Below, in pieces: positions 24,882-36,777 of a stretch of 64,000 bases of DNA. The notes beneath the pieces were generated by a model. That model saw only the letters and a list, made by a program, of their open reading frames with translations. It was not told where the DNA came from and did not search any database. Position 1 is the stretch's first letter. Each line of letters opens with the position of its first letter. Origin of the DNA: Octopus sinensis. Its lineage: Eukaryota. The stretch spans positions 73,842,001 through 73,906,000 of the forward strand of contig NC_043004.1 in the NCBI RefSeq assembly GCF_006345805.1, given 5' to 3'. Both the position numbers and the translations under genes were made by a program.

Positions 24882-25802
24882 GAAAGCGCCAAGCTGGCAG
24901 AATCGTTAGCAGCCGGGCAAAATGCTTAGCGGCATTTCGTCCGCTGCTACCTTCTGAGTTCAAATTCTGCTGAGGTCGACTTCGCCTTTCATCCTTTTGG
25001 GGTGGATAGATTAAGTAACAGTGAAACACTGGGGCCGATGTAATTGTCTCATCTCCGCCTCCAAAATTGCTGCCCTTTTGGCAAAATTTGAAACCATTAT
25101 TATTATTATTGAAGGCTGCGAGCTCGCAGAATCGTTAGCGCGCCGGACTAAATGCTTAGCGGCGTTTCGTCTGCCGTTACGTTCTGAGTTCAAATTCCAC
25201 TGAGGTCGACTTTGCTTTTCATCCTTTCGGGGTCGATTAAATAAGTACCAGTTACACACTGGGTTCGATATAATCGACTTAATCCGTTTGTCTGTCCTTG
25301 TTTGTCCCCTCTGTGAGTAGCCCCTTGTGAGTAGTAAAGAAATAGGTATTTTGCCCGACTTCATGTTCTAAGTTTAGTTTCCGCTGAGGTCGAGTTTGCT
25401 TTTCAACCTTCCGAGGTCGATAAAATAAATATCAGCTGAGCACTGAGATCGATGTAATCGACTATCCAGCGCCCCCTAAACTTCAGACCTTGTGCCAAAA
25501 TTTGAAATCATTATTACTATTGTTGTTGTTGCTGTTGTCTTATCTTTATTGCGTGTTTTCACGGCATTATTGAGAGCAGCTCTGTGTTATGAATTGATTT
25601 GGTGCAGTGTTTTGTTGTATACATTGTTATTTTTAACTGAATAGAAAGTATTCAACGTCATATGTGTGCTTCCCAGTAATGGTATTTTCTGTACGTTACC
25701 CATATTTGTAACTCTAGGGGTTTTAGTCACGCATTTGTCTTCGTGTTCTTTATCATTCCCAAGGTACTTATAATAATAACAATAATAATAATAATAATAA
25801 TA

Positions 25803-25850
<48 letters not shown>
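24882..25850 (+). repeat. Tandem duplication, unit 2
   Basis: Only visible non-microsatellite difference is gcaggccggg vs gcagccggg. Confidence 0.92.
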
Positions 25851-25901
<51 letters not shown>

Positions 25902-25909
25902 ATTATTAT

Positions 25910-25959
<50 letters not shown>

Positions 25960-25979
25960 TCATCATTGTCATCATCATT

Positions 25980-26195
25980 GAGGCTGCGAGCTGTCAGAAT
26001 CGCTTACACGTCGGGCAAAATGCTTAGCGGCATTTCGTCCACCTTTACGTTCTGAGTTCAAATTTCGCCGAAGTCGACCATGCCTTTCATCCTTTCGGGG
26101 TCAATAAATTAAATACCAGTGAAACACTACGATCGATGCAATCGACTAGACCCCTTCCCACAGATTTGAGGCCTTGTGCCTCCAGTAGAAACGAA
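25980..26195 (+). mobile_element. SINE B (B2 tail) between triplet repeats
   Basis: Head, core and ggccttgtgcctccagtagaaac tail. Confidence 0.85.
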
Positions 26196-26224
26196 TACTA
26201 TTATTATTATTATTATTATTATTA

Positions 26225-26263
<39 letters not shown>

Positions 26264-26324
26264 CATAATTTTTTTAATTATTATTATTATTATTATTATT
26301 GTCATATATTTGACATTTGCTTTT

Positions 26325-26551
26325 TATTTGTACAAGTTGGCTCCAATTCTCAACCAGAGACCTCAAGAGACAACAAGTTAGAAGTTCAAGCTGGTGTTTT
26401 GCCTAGGGTGCCATATATTGGTTTTGTACATAGTATTGTTCTAAGTAATGTTTAAGAAAACAAGAAAATTGTGAGTTTGTTTTAAATTTTAAGATTACAT
26501 AGACAGTATTTTTCGTAAGATATGGGTAGTTCGCATGATCACTATCTTTTG
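26325..26551 (-). mobile_element. R4/Dong-like LINE 3' end (family c)
   Basis: Reverse strand IQKIVIMRTTHILRKILSM* then 3'UTR; (ATT)n on both sides. Confidence 0.75.
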
Positions 26552-26565
26552 AATTATTATTATTA

Positions 26566-26639
<74 letters not shown>

Positions 26640-26640
26640 G

Positions 26641-27887
26641 CTCAGTAGTTTTATTTTTATAGCGTGCTTTCACTTCACTACCGAGCGCATTTCTGTGTGC
26701 CTTGGGTATGTGCTGTGATTTGTTGTGATGCTCTGATGGTTATTGTATTGAAAGTGTTCTGCGTAGGATGTGTGCAGTGCCTAGTAGTGCAATTTTCTGT
26801 ATGTTATATGTGTTTGTAAGTCCTGGTGTTTTTGTTATGTATTTGTCTGAATATTTTTTTATCATGCCTAATGCACCTACTATGATAGGAATTGTTTCTG
26901 TTTTCAGATTCCACATTCTAGTTACCTCTATTTCCAGGTCTTTGTATTTTGAAAGTTTCTCCATTTCTTTTGGAGTCACGTTGTCATCTGCCGGTATTGA
27001 TACATCAATTAGGAAGCATTTTTTTTCTTCATGATCTCTGACAACTATATCTGGTCTGTTGGCCTTAATTTCTCTATCTGTGTGTATCGGCATATCCCAG
27101 AGTATGGTTGCTTTCTCGTTTTCTGTGACCTTTTCTGGTGTGTGCCTATACCATCTTTTTTCTGTTGTTATTCCATAATGTTGGCATAGCTTCCAATGTA
27201 TGTAGGTTCCAACTCTGTCATGTCTGTGAATATATTCCTTCTTAGCCAGGACTGGGCAGCTAGAGATAATATGATTTATTGTTTCTTGTCCATCTCCACA
27301 TATTCTGCAGTTACTTGTAATATTTCTTTTCATTACATGTTTTTGGTAATTTCTGGTGGGAAGGCTTTGGTCTTGTGCTGCAATTAAAAATCCCTCTGTT
27401 TCTGCTTTGAGTCCTGAGCTTCTCAACCATTGCTGGGATTTTTCTTTGTCTATTTCTTTTGCGTTTAGTTTAGTCCAGTATTTACCATGAAGGGCCTTTT
27501 CTTGCCATCGTTTTATCATGGTTCGTTGCTGTTCTATTTTTAGTTTGGATTTCATTTGTTTTATAGCTTTTGTTGTTTCTTCATCTTCTTCTTCTTCTTC
27601 ATATTTATTAGGTGGTATGATTTCTTGTTTGTATTTGTCAGCTTCCTTAAATACTGAGAACAGTTTTTTGTTTTGCTCGTGTTTTGCCGCTATCTGGATC
27701 AGTTTTCCTTCCTTCTGAAGTAGATATTTTTGCAGTCCAATGGTGGTTATTTTATAGTAGTTTTCCAGCTGTATAAGGCCTCTACCACCTTCTATACGTT
27801 GTATATATAGTCTTTCTATGTCAGATTTTGGGTGATGCATCCTAGATCCTGTCATTATTTTTCTTGTTTTCCTATCTATTTTGGTCA

Positions 27888-27889
<2 letters not shown>
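26641..27889 (-). mobile_element. R4/Dong-like LINE, 5'-truncated, young (family a)
   Basis: Flanked by long (ATT)n at 26553-26640 and 27890-27972; open ORF. Confidence 0.95.
26740..27855 (-). CDS. RLE non-LTR retrotransposon ORF C-terminus: RT thumb, CCHC knuckle, restriction-like endonuclease
   Basis: HPKSDIERLY..GGRGL; CRICG...ETINHIISSC; RHD; RPDIV..D..K..KY; 371 aa with no stops. Confidence 0.93.
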   Translation of the reverse strand: MTGSRMHHPKSDIERLYIQRIEGGRGLIQLENYYKITTIGLQKYLLQKEGKLIQIAAKHEQNKKLFSVFKEADKYKQEIIPPNKYEEEEEDEETTKAIKQMKSKLKIEQQRTMIKRWQEKALHGKYWTKLNAKEIDKEKSQQWLRSSGLKAETEGFLIAAQDQSLPTRNYQKHVMKRNITSNCRICGDGQETINHIISSCPVLAKKEYIHRHDRVGTYIHWKLCQHYGITTEKRWYRHTPEKVTENEKATILWDMPIHTDREIKANRPDIVVRDHEEKKCFLIDVSIPADDNVTPKEMEKLSKYKDLEIEVTRMWNLKTETIPIIVGALGMIKKYSDKYITKTPGLTNTYNIQKIALLGTAHILRRTLSIQ

Positions 27890-27930
<41 letters not shown>

Positions 27931-27974
27931 TATTATTATTATTATTATCATTATTATTATTATTATTATTATTG

Positions 27975-29817
27975 TATGAAAACTCACCGCTTATTTTGCT
28001 GGGTATGATTGAAAGTGTCAGTTGTCCACAGCCAGCAACAGACTAAGTTGACATATATTTACTGGTCACACTTCAAGAACACTGCGAAGAATTCTTGCAG
28101 TTCCGAGCAATGCTGATTTTTGTAGGTGTTCTACCTTCACACTTGCACCAATCTTTTTCAGCCATGCTGGTTTTTGAGTGCAGATACTTCCAAGTGCACC
28201 AATTACTATTGGCATCATGTCTACTCTCTTCATTGACCACCAACCTTCGTATTTCCCATTTTAAACCATCATAGTTGTTTATTTTTACTTCTTCTTTCAC
28301 ATTGATCCTGTTGTCACCTTGGCATGCTATGTCGATTATCATGCATGTTCTTTCTTTTTTATTCACCACAACAATGTCCGGTTTCCTATATCTGGTCGGA
28401 TGATCGCACTGGATCATTGCATCCCACAGGAATTTGCAATTCTCATTTTTGGTGACTCCATCTCAAACCACGGCTTTGCTCTTTGTAGGCCATGATTTCC
28501 GCAAAGCTCCCAATGGATCATTCTTGCCACATTATCGTGGCGTCGTTTGTATTCGCGTTGTGCCAATTTCGGGTATTCGCTAACGATGTGCAATACCGTT
28601 ACCCCCCTCTCACCACACATTCTGCGTTTGCCGCTATCGGTAGTATTGTCTATTCTGCATTTCATATAATTGGTTCTTAACGTTTGTTCTTGAGCCGCGC
28701 ATTTGAGTGCTTCTGTCTCTATTTTCGAGTCATTCCTCCTCATCCATAGCCACCGGTCCTCTGTATATCTCTTGGCGTTCACATCTCTTGCAAATCCACC
28801 GTACATTTTCTTTTCTTTCCATGCCTTTTTTTTTCTTTTGTTCATTTCTTGTTTAAATTTTTCTTTACGCAAATTTCAGCTTTGATGACACCTACCTTCT
28901 TCGTGTGTTTCAACAGTGGCTCCACGGCATTTATTATATACCACCCTAGGCTGTTTTCCTCTGATTCGATACAGTCCTAGCAACTATCAAACCTCTCCCA
29001 CCCTTTCTTCTGGACAAGTACATCCTATCGGTGTCACTGTGGAGGCGCAATGGCCCAGTTGTTAGGGCAACAGACTCGCAGTCGTAGGATCGCGGTTTCG
29101 ATTCCCAGGCCGAGTGCTGTGAACCTTTATTGGAAGAAAACACCTAAAGGTTCCACGAGGCACCGGCAGGGGGTGGTGGTAAACCCTGCCGTAGTCTATC
29201 ACCACAACTTTCTCTCATTCTTTCTTCCTGTTTCTGTTGTACCTGTATTTCAAAGGGCTAGCCTTGTCACACTGTGTGTCACGCTGAATCTCACCGAGAA
29301 CTACGTTAAGGGTACACGTGTATGTGGAGTGCTCAGCCACTTACACGTTAATTTCACGAGAAGGTTGTTATGTTGATCTGATCAACTGGAACCCTCGTCG
29401 TCGCAACCGACGGAGTGCCTCGAATCGGTGTCACTCTTAGGGTGGAAGGTACGTGTACTGTCAACAGTTTTCTGGACTTGGTATCCATTTTCTTCACTTC
29501 TGTCCATTGCTACTTTATAATTCCCACTACATACCGAAGTGATGCTATCGCTCACGTATTAACTGCTTAGATTTTATTCCATCCAGTCAATTTTTAGCGC
29601 AACACCAAGCTCCAGCTTTGGAAATACTCCATCCTCAGTTGTTCTTTCACTTCCTTTTCCATTATATCGTTGAACTATACTACTCCAAGATATTTGTATC
29701 CTTCTGTTTCAATTTGCTTAATCAAGTCTCTATTCGGTAATTCTATCCCTGCTAGGGACTGTACCTTGCTTTATTTTAGGTAGATTATTCCACACTTCTC
29801 GAGTCCAAATTCCATAT
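27975..29817 (-). mobile_element. R4/Dong-like LINE (family d), degenerate, interrupted by SINE C
   Basis: MEFGLEKC, YKYLG, HPKSDTDRMY..GGRGL, RHDNVA, KPDIV remnants; 5' junction aat-gatatg into (AAT)n. Confidence 0.88.
29039..29423 (+). mobile_element. SINE family C with 12-bp TSD
   Basis: tRNA-like head; TSD atcggtgtcact at 29027-29038 and 29424-29435 splits the LINE codons for S-D-T-D. Confidence 0.93.
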
Positions 29818-29830
29818 CATTATTATTATT

Positions 29831-30170
29831 GAATGAGAGAGCAGTGCATGCCCTCAAAGTGACACTGGGGTAGAATATACGAAGCCCAGCATACCCATCA
29901 TGAATACCCGTCTGATAAGAGTACACTAGGCACATGCATCACAACCAAATGTGCACGACATGGTGATCTCATATCAAGATAAACAGACAGCACGTGACCT
30001 TGCAGATGGGGTCCAGTTAGAATTTTCTTCTGGTCGAGTAACCCATCCCGCTCAAAAGGTCCTTGAATAAGGGTTGTTTAAGGATGTTGAACGAAACATG
30101 TTTCCAGAGGTGAATTATTCAAATCTCAAAGAATCCCTCTCAACACGCAGCTATGATGCTCCCTTACTAC

Positions 30171-30171
<1 letters not shown>
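29831..30171 (-). mobile_element. Retroposon D
   Basis: Fixed terminus gagagagcagtgcatgcc next to (ATT)n; other end truncated into (ATT)n. Confidence 0.8.
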
Positions 30172-30239
<68 letters not shown>

Positions 30240-30240
<1 letters not shown>

Positions 30241-30686
30241 GGTGGCGAACTGACAGAAACGTTAGGACGTCGGACAAAATGCTTAGCGGTACTTTGTCCG
30301 TTTTTACGCTCTAAGTTCAATTTCTACTGAGATCGTTTTTGCCTCTCGTTACTTTCGGTGTCGAAAACATAAGTACCAGTCAAGTACTGGGATTAATGTA
30401 ATTGACTTAACCATCCCACGAAGTTCCTGGCCTTGTGCCAAAACTTGAAATCATTATCGTTATTGCTATTAAAGAGGCGAGCTGGCAGAATCGTTAGCAC
30501 ATCAGGCAAAATGCTCAGCAGCATTTCTTCCGACTTCACCTTCCGAGTTCAAATTCCGCCGACGGCGACTGTGTCTTTTATTCTGTTGGGATCGATAAAA
30601 TAAGTACCAGTCGAGCAATAAGGTTGATGTAATCGAATAGCCTCTCCTACCAAAACATCAGGCCCTGTACCTGTAGTAGAAAGGAT
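30240..30686 (+). mobile_element. Two tandem SINE B copies (B3 then B2)
   Basis: Heads at about 30240 and 30473; att spacers. Confidence 0.8.
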
Positions 30687-30769
30687 TGTTGTTGTTGTTG
30701 TTGTTGTTGTTCTTGTTGTTGTTGTTGCTGCTGCTGCTGCTGCTGCTGTTGTTGTTAGCATTATTATTC

Positions 30770-31100
30770 AATATTTTGCGTGCTTACACAGCACTGTTGA
30801 GTGCAGCTCTGTGTGCAATCGGTATGCGCAATGCTTTGTTATTCTAACTGAACAGAAAGTACTCTACGCCGTATGGATGTGTGGTGCCCAGCAGTGCTAT
30901 TTTCTGTATATTATGCATATTTGTAAAATCCTGGGGGTTTGGTAATGTATTTGTCTGCATGTTCTTTTATATCATTCCCAAGGCACCTATTATTATTATT
31001 ATAGTGGTGGTTTCTGTTTTCAGACCCCACGATTGAGTTATCTCTATTTGCAGATCTTTGTATTTAGATAATCTTCTCTTCTTCTTTGAGATACACTATC
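30770..31100 (-). mobile_element. Old R4-like 3' fragment (family a related)
   Basis: GALGMI...QKIALLG.HI.R remnant and 3'UTR similarity. Confidence 0.65.
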
Positions 31101-31269
31101 GTCTATTGGGATCGTCATCGTCATCACTGTCATCTTTTTCTTTGTTGTTGTTAATATTATTTACCTTTCACCCTTTCGGGTCGATAAGACAAGTATACTT
31201 CAATATTGTGTTTGGTATAATCGACTTGCCCCCTTCCTTGGAATCGTTGGCTTTGTGCCAAAATTTTAT

Positions 31270-31304
<35 letters not shown>

Positions 31305-31318
31305 TATTATTATTATTA

Positions 31319-31361
<43 letters not shown>

Positions 31362-31494
31362 GCGTGAGAGAGCAGTGCATGCCATCAAAGTGACACTGTG
31401 GTACAAATATACAAAGCCCAGTATACCCATCATGACTACCCGTCTGATAAGGGTACACGAGGCACATGCATCACAACCATATGTGCGCGACATG
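31362..31494 (-). mobile_element. Retroposon D, short
   Basis: Same fixed terminus next to (ATT)n. Confidence 0.8.
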
Positions 31495-31744
31495 TAATCT
31501 ACTGAGGCCCATGTAATCTACTAACCATCCCCCACCCAAAAAATTTCCAGGCCTTGTGCATCTAATTGAAAGATGGCAGAATCATTAAAACGCCGGGCAA
31601 AATGTTCAACGCCATTTCATCCGTTTTCACGTCCTGAGTTCAAATTCCACGGAGGTCGACTTTGCCTTTTATCATTTCGGGGTCGATGAAATGAATACCA
31701 GGGTCTTGCTGGCCCTGTGCCAAAATATAAAACCAATGTCATCA

Positions 31745-31917
31745 TCAGGAGTGACTGTATGGTATGTAGCCTGCTTAACAGCCACATGGTTCCGGGTTCA
31801 GTCCTACTGCGTGGCACCTTGGGCAACTGTTTTCTACTATAGCCTCGGTCCGAGTGGATTTGGTAGACGGAAACTGAAAGAAGCCCGTCGTATATATATA
31901 TATATATATATAATATA

Positions 31918-31948
<31 letters not shown>

Positions 31949-32175
31949 ATATGTATATGTTTGTGTGTCTGTGTTTGTCCCCCCCCCCAACATCTCTTGA
32001 CAACCGATGCTGGTGTGTTTACGTCCCCGTTACTTAGCAGTTCCGCAAGAGAGTCCGATAGAATAAGTACTAGGCTTACAAAGAATAAGTCCTGGGGTCG
32101 ATTTGCTCGACTAAAGGCGGTGCTCCAGCATGGCCGCAGTCAAATGACTGAAACAAATAAAACAAAGAAAAAAAA
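31745..32175 (+). mobile_element. SINE family A
   Basis: Head, body and tail. Confidence 0.88.
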
Positions 32176-32229
32176 AAGAAAATCATCCTCCTCCTCATCA
32201 TCATCATCACTATCACCACATACTCTGGA

Positions 32230-32790
32230 AGTTTTTTTTTTTATATGAGTTTCTACCGCCGCATCACCAGGTGCACTACCGTGTTCCTGAGCTGTGCGTA
32301 AGATTGTCTTTTGGGAATGCAAAATGACGCTGCATGTTAAATCTGTAGAATTCTGTTCGTTGTTTTGGCTTTATTTTTAGTGTTCTGTCTGTTATGTAGA
32401 ATTATGCGATGCTATGTTTTGTTATTTTAAGACGGTTTTCATGTTTTATTTTTGCTTGTATTTTGTTTTAAGTATTTTGGTGTTGAAAAGTGCCTGTACA
32501 TATTGCACTGTTCACGTTTTGTTTTATTAGAAATGGCCATCACTTTGAATGAGTTGCATGAGTTATAGGTGTTATACATGCGTCTGCCACCATCGATTAC
32601 ACAAAAGTACGCGTTGTGTTCTTTTATTGGTTGTTTTCTGCGTGGAATACGTGTAGTGTTGTATTATTTAGCAGAGATTTCGTAGAGCGGAAGCTATGTT
32701 ATATTATTCAGTAGTGACTGTACAGATTATGAGTTATGTGAGCAGAGAGTGTACTATTTTAGTTGCGATATTCAATTAAAAATAACTTGA
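32230..32790 (-). mobile_element. Possible very old R4-like 3' end
   Basis: Weak remnant (..ILHSQKTILR) and a 3'UTR resembling family a. Confidence 0.35.
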
Positions 32791-32799
32791 ATAGGATAA

Positions 32800-33200
32800 T
32801 AGGCGCGGGTGTGGCTGTGTGGTAAGTAGCTTGCCTACTAGCCACATGGTTCCGGGTTCAGTCCCACTGCGTCGCACCTTGGGCAAGTGTTTTCTACTAT
32901 AGCCTCGGGAAGCCTTGTGAGTGGATTCGACAGACAGAAACTGAAAGAAGCCTGTCGTATATGTGTGTGTGTGTGCGTGTGCGTGTTTGTGTATGTTTGT
33001 GTGTCTGTGTTTGTCCTCCCAACATCGCTTGACAACCGATGGCAGTGTTTACGTCCCCGTAACTTAGCGGTTTGCCAAAAGAGACCGATAGAATAAGTAC
33101 TAGGCTTACAAAGAATAAGTCCTGGGGTCGATTTGCTCGACTAAAGGCGGTGCGCCAGCATGGCCGCAGTCAAATGACTGCAACAGTAAAAGAGAAAAAA
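32800..33200 (+). mobile_element. SINE family A
   Basis: Head, body and tail. Confidence 0.88.
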
Positions 33201-33644
33201 GATGTGAACTATGTTTAGCAAGGTCATCTTTGGACTGTGTGTAAAGGTGTAAGCACTGGCTGGTACAGTTTCGGTGGCAGCAACGTTAGAACATGGGGAA
33301 AAAATGCTCGACTCCTTACATTCTGGGTCGAAATCTCCCTAGGTCAACTTTCACCTTCTTCCCTTCGAGGTCGATAAAATAAGTACCAGTCACATACTAG
33401 GGTCGATGTAACGACTTGCGTCTCCCCAGCAGTTATCAGGCCTTGTGCCTATAGAAGAAAGGGTTATTGTCATTGTTATTCTTATTTTGGTTTGGTTCAT
33501 ATTTCTGTTCATGATAGGATTTATGTGGGTATCGGGTTACTACTAGTAACAGCAGTTTTTCAAGTCCTTAGGACCCTCTTGATAAACCTTGCTGCTATTC
33601 TTATTCTTATTCTTATTCTTCTTATTCTTATTATTATCATTATT

Positions 33645-33837
33645 AGCATGCCGGATGAAATGCTTAGCAGTATTTTGTTTGTCTTTATGTTCTGAGTTCA
33701 AATTCTGCCGAGGTCGAATTTGCCTTTCATCATTTCAGGGTCGATAAATTAAATACCAGTCAAGTACTAGGGTCGATCTAATCGACTGGCCCCGCCTCTC
33801 CAAAAATTTCGAGCCTTGTACCTAGAGTAGAAAAGAA

Positions 33838-33838
<1 letters not shown>
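33645..33838 (+). mobile_element. SINE B (B2 tail)
   Basis: Core and gagccttgtacctagagtagaaaagaat tail followed by (ATT)n. Confidence 0.82.
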
Positions 33839-33897
<59 letters not shown>

Positions 33898-33907
33898 CAT
33901 TATTATC

Positions 33908-35453
33908 ATCTTCTTCTTTCAAGTGTTTCCATTTCTTGCCGAGTGTCTTCCTGACACCTAGGGCAGAGAAACGCATTGTATACATTGGTAGGCCATTAAA
34001 ATAACCACACCAAATTGTCCATTTACAGTCATGTGATAGAAAAAAGTGGGGGAGAAAAACAAAGAGAAAAAAGTAAACAAATAAAATAAAAGGAAAAGAG
34101 AAAGAAAATTCACTTCGACAATGCTCTTCTCAATATGTGTGAGGTACCAGTTAAGACAATCTTTTGCACTTCCTGTATGGATGGTAAACCAGGGATTATT
34201 CTTAAATAATTTCCAATTTCTTTTTTTATCATTCCCAGTACTCCTGTAATCACTGGTATTGTAACGGTCTTGAGATGCCACATCTTTTTGATTTCGATTA
34301 GCAAATCTTTATGTTTTCTGAGCTTACCAGATTCTTTTGCCGATACATTATGATCACAGGGTATGCTCATGTCACTCAATAAACAGACTTTATTGTTTTG
34401 GTCTTTCAAACTGGCTTGTTTTTCTTAATGGTCCGGTCTGTATATACTGGAAAGTCCCAAAGAATAGTTACAATTTCTCCCTCAGTTACAGCCTTAGGGT
34501 AATGCTTGTAAAATTTGTCAGCATTTTTGATTTTATAATGCCGACACATTATCCAATGTAGATATTGGCCAACTCTGTCGTGTCTTGATTTGTACTCTAA
34601 GAGTGCTAAAATCTTACATCCAGATATTAGGTGGTCCACTGTTTCTATCCCATCGTTGCAGTATGGGCACTTTGGGTCTACACCATTTTTCATCACATTG
34701 GTTTGATAGTTCTGGGTCAATAAGGTCTGATTTTGGGCAGCAAAAAAAAGCCTTCACTCTCTGCCTTTAGCCCTGATGGATGTGCTTCTGGTCTACAGTT
34801 ATTTTACTACGGGCCACGTATTTGCCATGCAGAGGTTTTTGTTCCCACCTCTCAGCCAGTGGTTCAAACGCATGTTCCTTTGCTATTGATTTAACCTTCT
34901 TTGCAACTACTGTTGCTACACTTCCATCATACTGTTCAACCTGGGTATTATGCATAAGCTCACCTGAAAATATTTTGCTCTCCTTCATAGCAGAATGTAG
35001 CTTCTTACGCCTGTCATGGTTTTCAACGAGCTTTAGCGTCCAGTCATTAGATGTTTCAAGATATTTTGCCAGTCCAATCATGGTGGCTTTGTAGATTTCA
35101 TATTGGATCAAGCCTCGACCTCCTTGAGTTCTGGGTAGGTAAAGACGATCTGCCTCTGCCTTTGGGTGGCGCATTTTATTGCAAGTCAGCAGTTTATGGA
35201 ATATTCTGTCGGTCTTCCCTATTTCGCTCATATTCCAGTTCAACACATTGAAACTGTAAATAACAACCACAACTGCTAAGGAATTTATAGTTAACACCTT
35301 GTTACGTCCAGTTAACTCGGTTTTTAGGACTGCTTGAACTGTCCTGTAACATTCCTTCCTGATCTTCTCTTTCATACTTGCATGCTGAATGTCAGAGCCT
35401 TCCGAGGTATTTGTAAGTTTCTTCCCACTCGAGTTCTTTTATGACTGTGTCAA

Positions 35454-35455
<2 letters not shown>
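33908..35455 (-). mobile_element. R4/Dong-like LINE (family e), 5'-truncated, frameshifted
   Basis: ORFs 34767..35375, 34406..34720 and 34110..34409: YKYLG, HPKAEADRLY, CPYC..ETVDHLISGC, RHDRVG, KHKDL; (ATT)n on both flanks. Confidence 0.92.
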
Positions 35456-35542
<87 letters not shown>

Positions 35543-35546
35543 AATC

Positions 35547-35933
35547 ATTTCAATTCTGTTTCCATTTCTTGCCGAGTGTCATCCCGACTCCTAGGGCATA
35601 GAAACTCACTGTAAAAATTGTTTGGCCATTAAAATAAACACCATATTGTTCTTTACAAAGTCATGTGATAGAAAATGGAGAAAACAAAAAAGGAAAAAAG
35701 AAAAAGTGAAAAATATGAAAAAGAAGTAAGAAAGAATTCACAGAAACAAAGCTCTTCTCCATACGGATGACGGACGAGTTAAAACAATCTTTTGCACTTC
35801 CTACATGGACGGTAAACCAGGGATCATTCTCAACCAGGGATCAGCTCCTTTTTTGATCATTTCAAGTGCTTCTACAACGATTTGGTATTGTAACCGTTTT
35901 GAGATTCCACATTTTTTCGATTTCAATCAGCAA
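35547..35933 (-). mobile_element. Second family e 3' end
   Basis: 3'UTR matches 33908-34090; 5' junction aat-attgctg into (AAT)n. Confidence 0.82.
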
Positions 35934-35949
35934 TATTATTATTATTATT

Positions 35950-35996
<47 letters not shown>

Positions 35997-36003
35997 TATT
36001 ATT

Positions 36004-36732
36004 GAGTGAGAGAGCAGTGGATGCCATCAAAGTGACATTGGGTTAAAATATACGAAGCCCAGTATACCCATCATGACTACCCGTCTGATAAGGGTATACT
36101 AGGCACATGCATCACAACGATATGTGTGCGACATGGTGATCTCATATCAAGATAAACAGCACATGACCTTGCAGGTGGGGCACAGTTAGAATTTTCTTCT
36201 GGTCGAGTAGCCCATCCCGCTCAAAAGGTCCCTGAATAAGGATGTTGAACGAAACACTCATGTTTCCAGAGAGTGAATTATTCAAACCCCAAAGAATCCC
36301 TTTCAACACATGGCTATGATGCTCCCCCACTACTTCTGCTCGTGATCAGAGATGCACATATCGTCAGCCACTAAAGGAAATGTTCAACTGGTTATGGTCA
36401 AACAACTGACAAGCAAATCTGTGCCAACGTTTCTGCCAGCTCGCCACCTCGGGGCGAGCTGGCAGAGACGTTAGCACGCCGGGCGAAATGCTTAGCGGTA
36501 TTTCGTCTGCCGTTACGTTCTGAGTTCAAATTCCGCCGAGATCGACTTTGACTTTCATCCTTTCGGGGTCGATAAATTAAGTACCAGTTACGCACTGGGG
36601 TCAATGTAATCGATTTAATACCTATGTCTGTCCTTGTTCGTCCCCTCTGTGTTTAGCCCCTTGCGGGTAATAAAGAAATAGGTATTGAGCAGAATATTTC
36701 CTGTTGCCCATCTTTTATACCAAGACAAAACA

Positions 36733-36733
<1 letters not shown>
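36004..36733 (-). mobile_element. Retroposon D interrupted by SINE B1
   Basis: D sequence gcaaatctgt...ggtattgagcag split by 36421-36680. Confidence 0.85.
36421..36680 (+). mobile_element. SINE B1 with inverted duplicate of its head
   Basis: 36421-36445 and 36453-36477 are inverted repeats (23/25); tail ends aaagaaata|ggtatt. Confidence 0.9.
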
Positions 36734-36776
<43 letters not shown>

Positions 36777-36777
36777 A

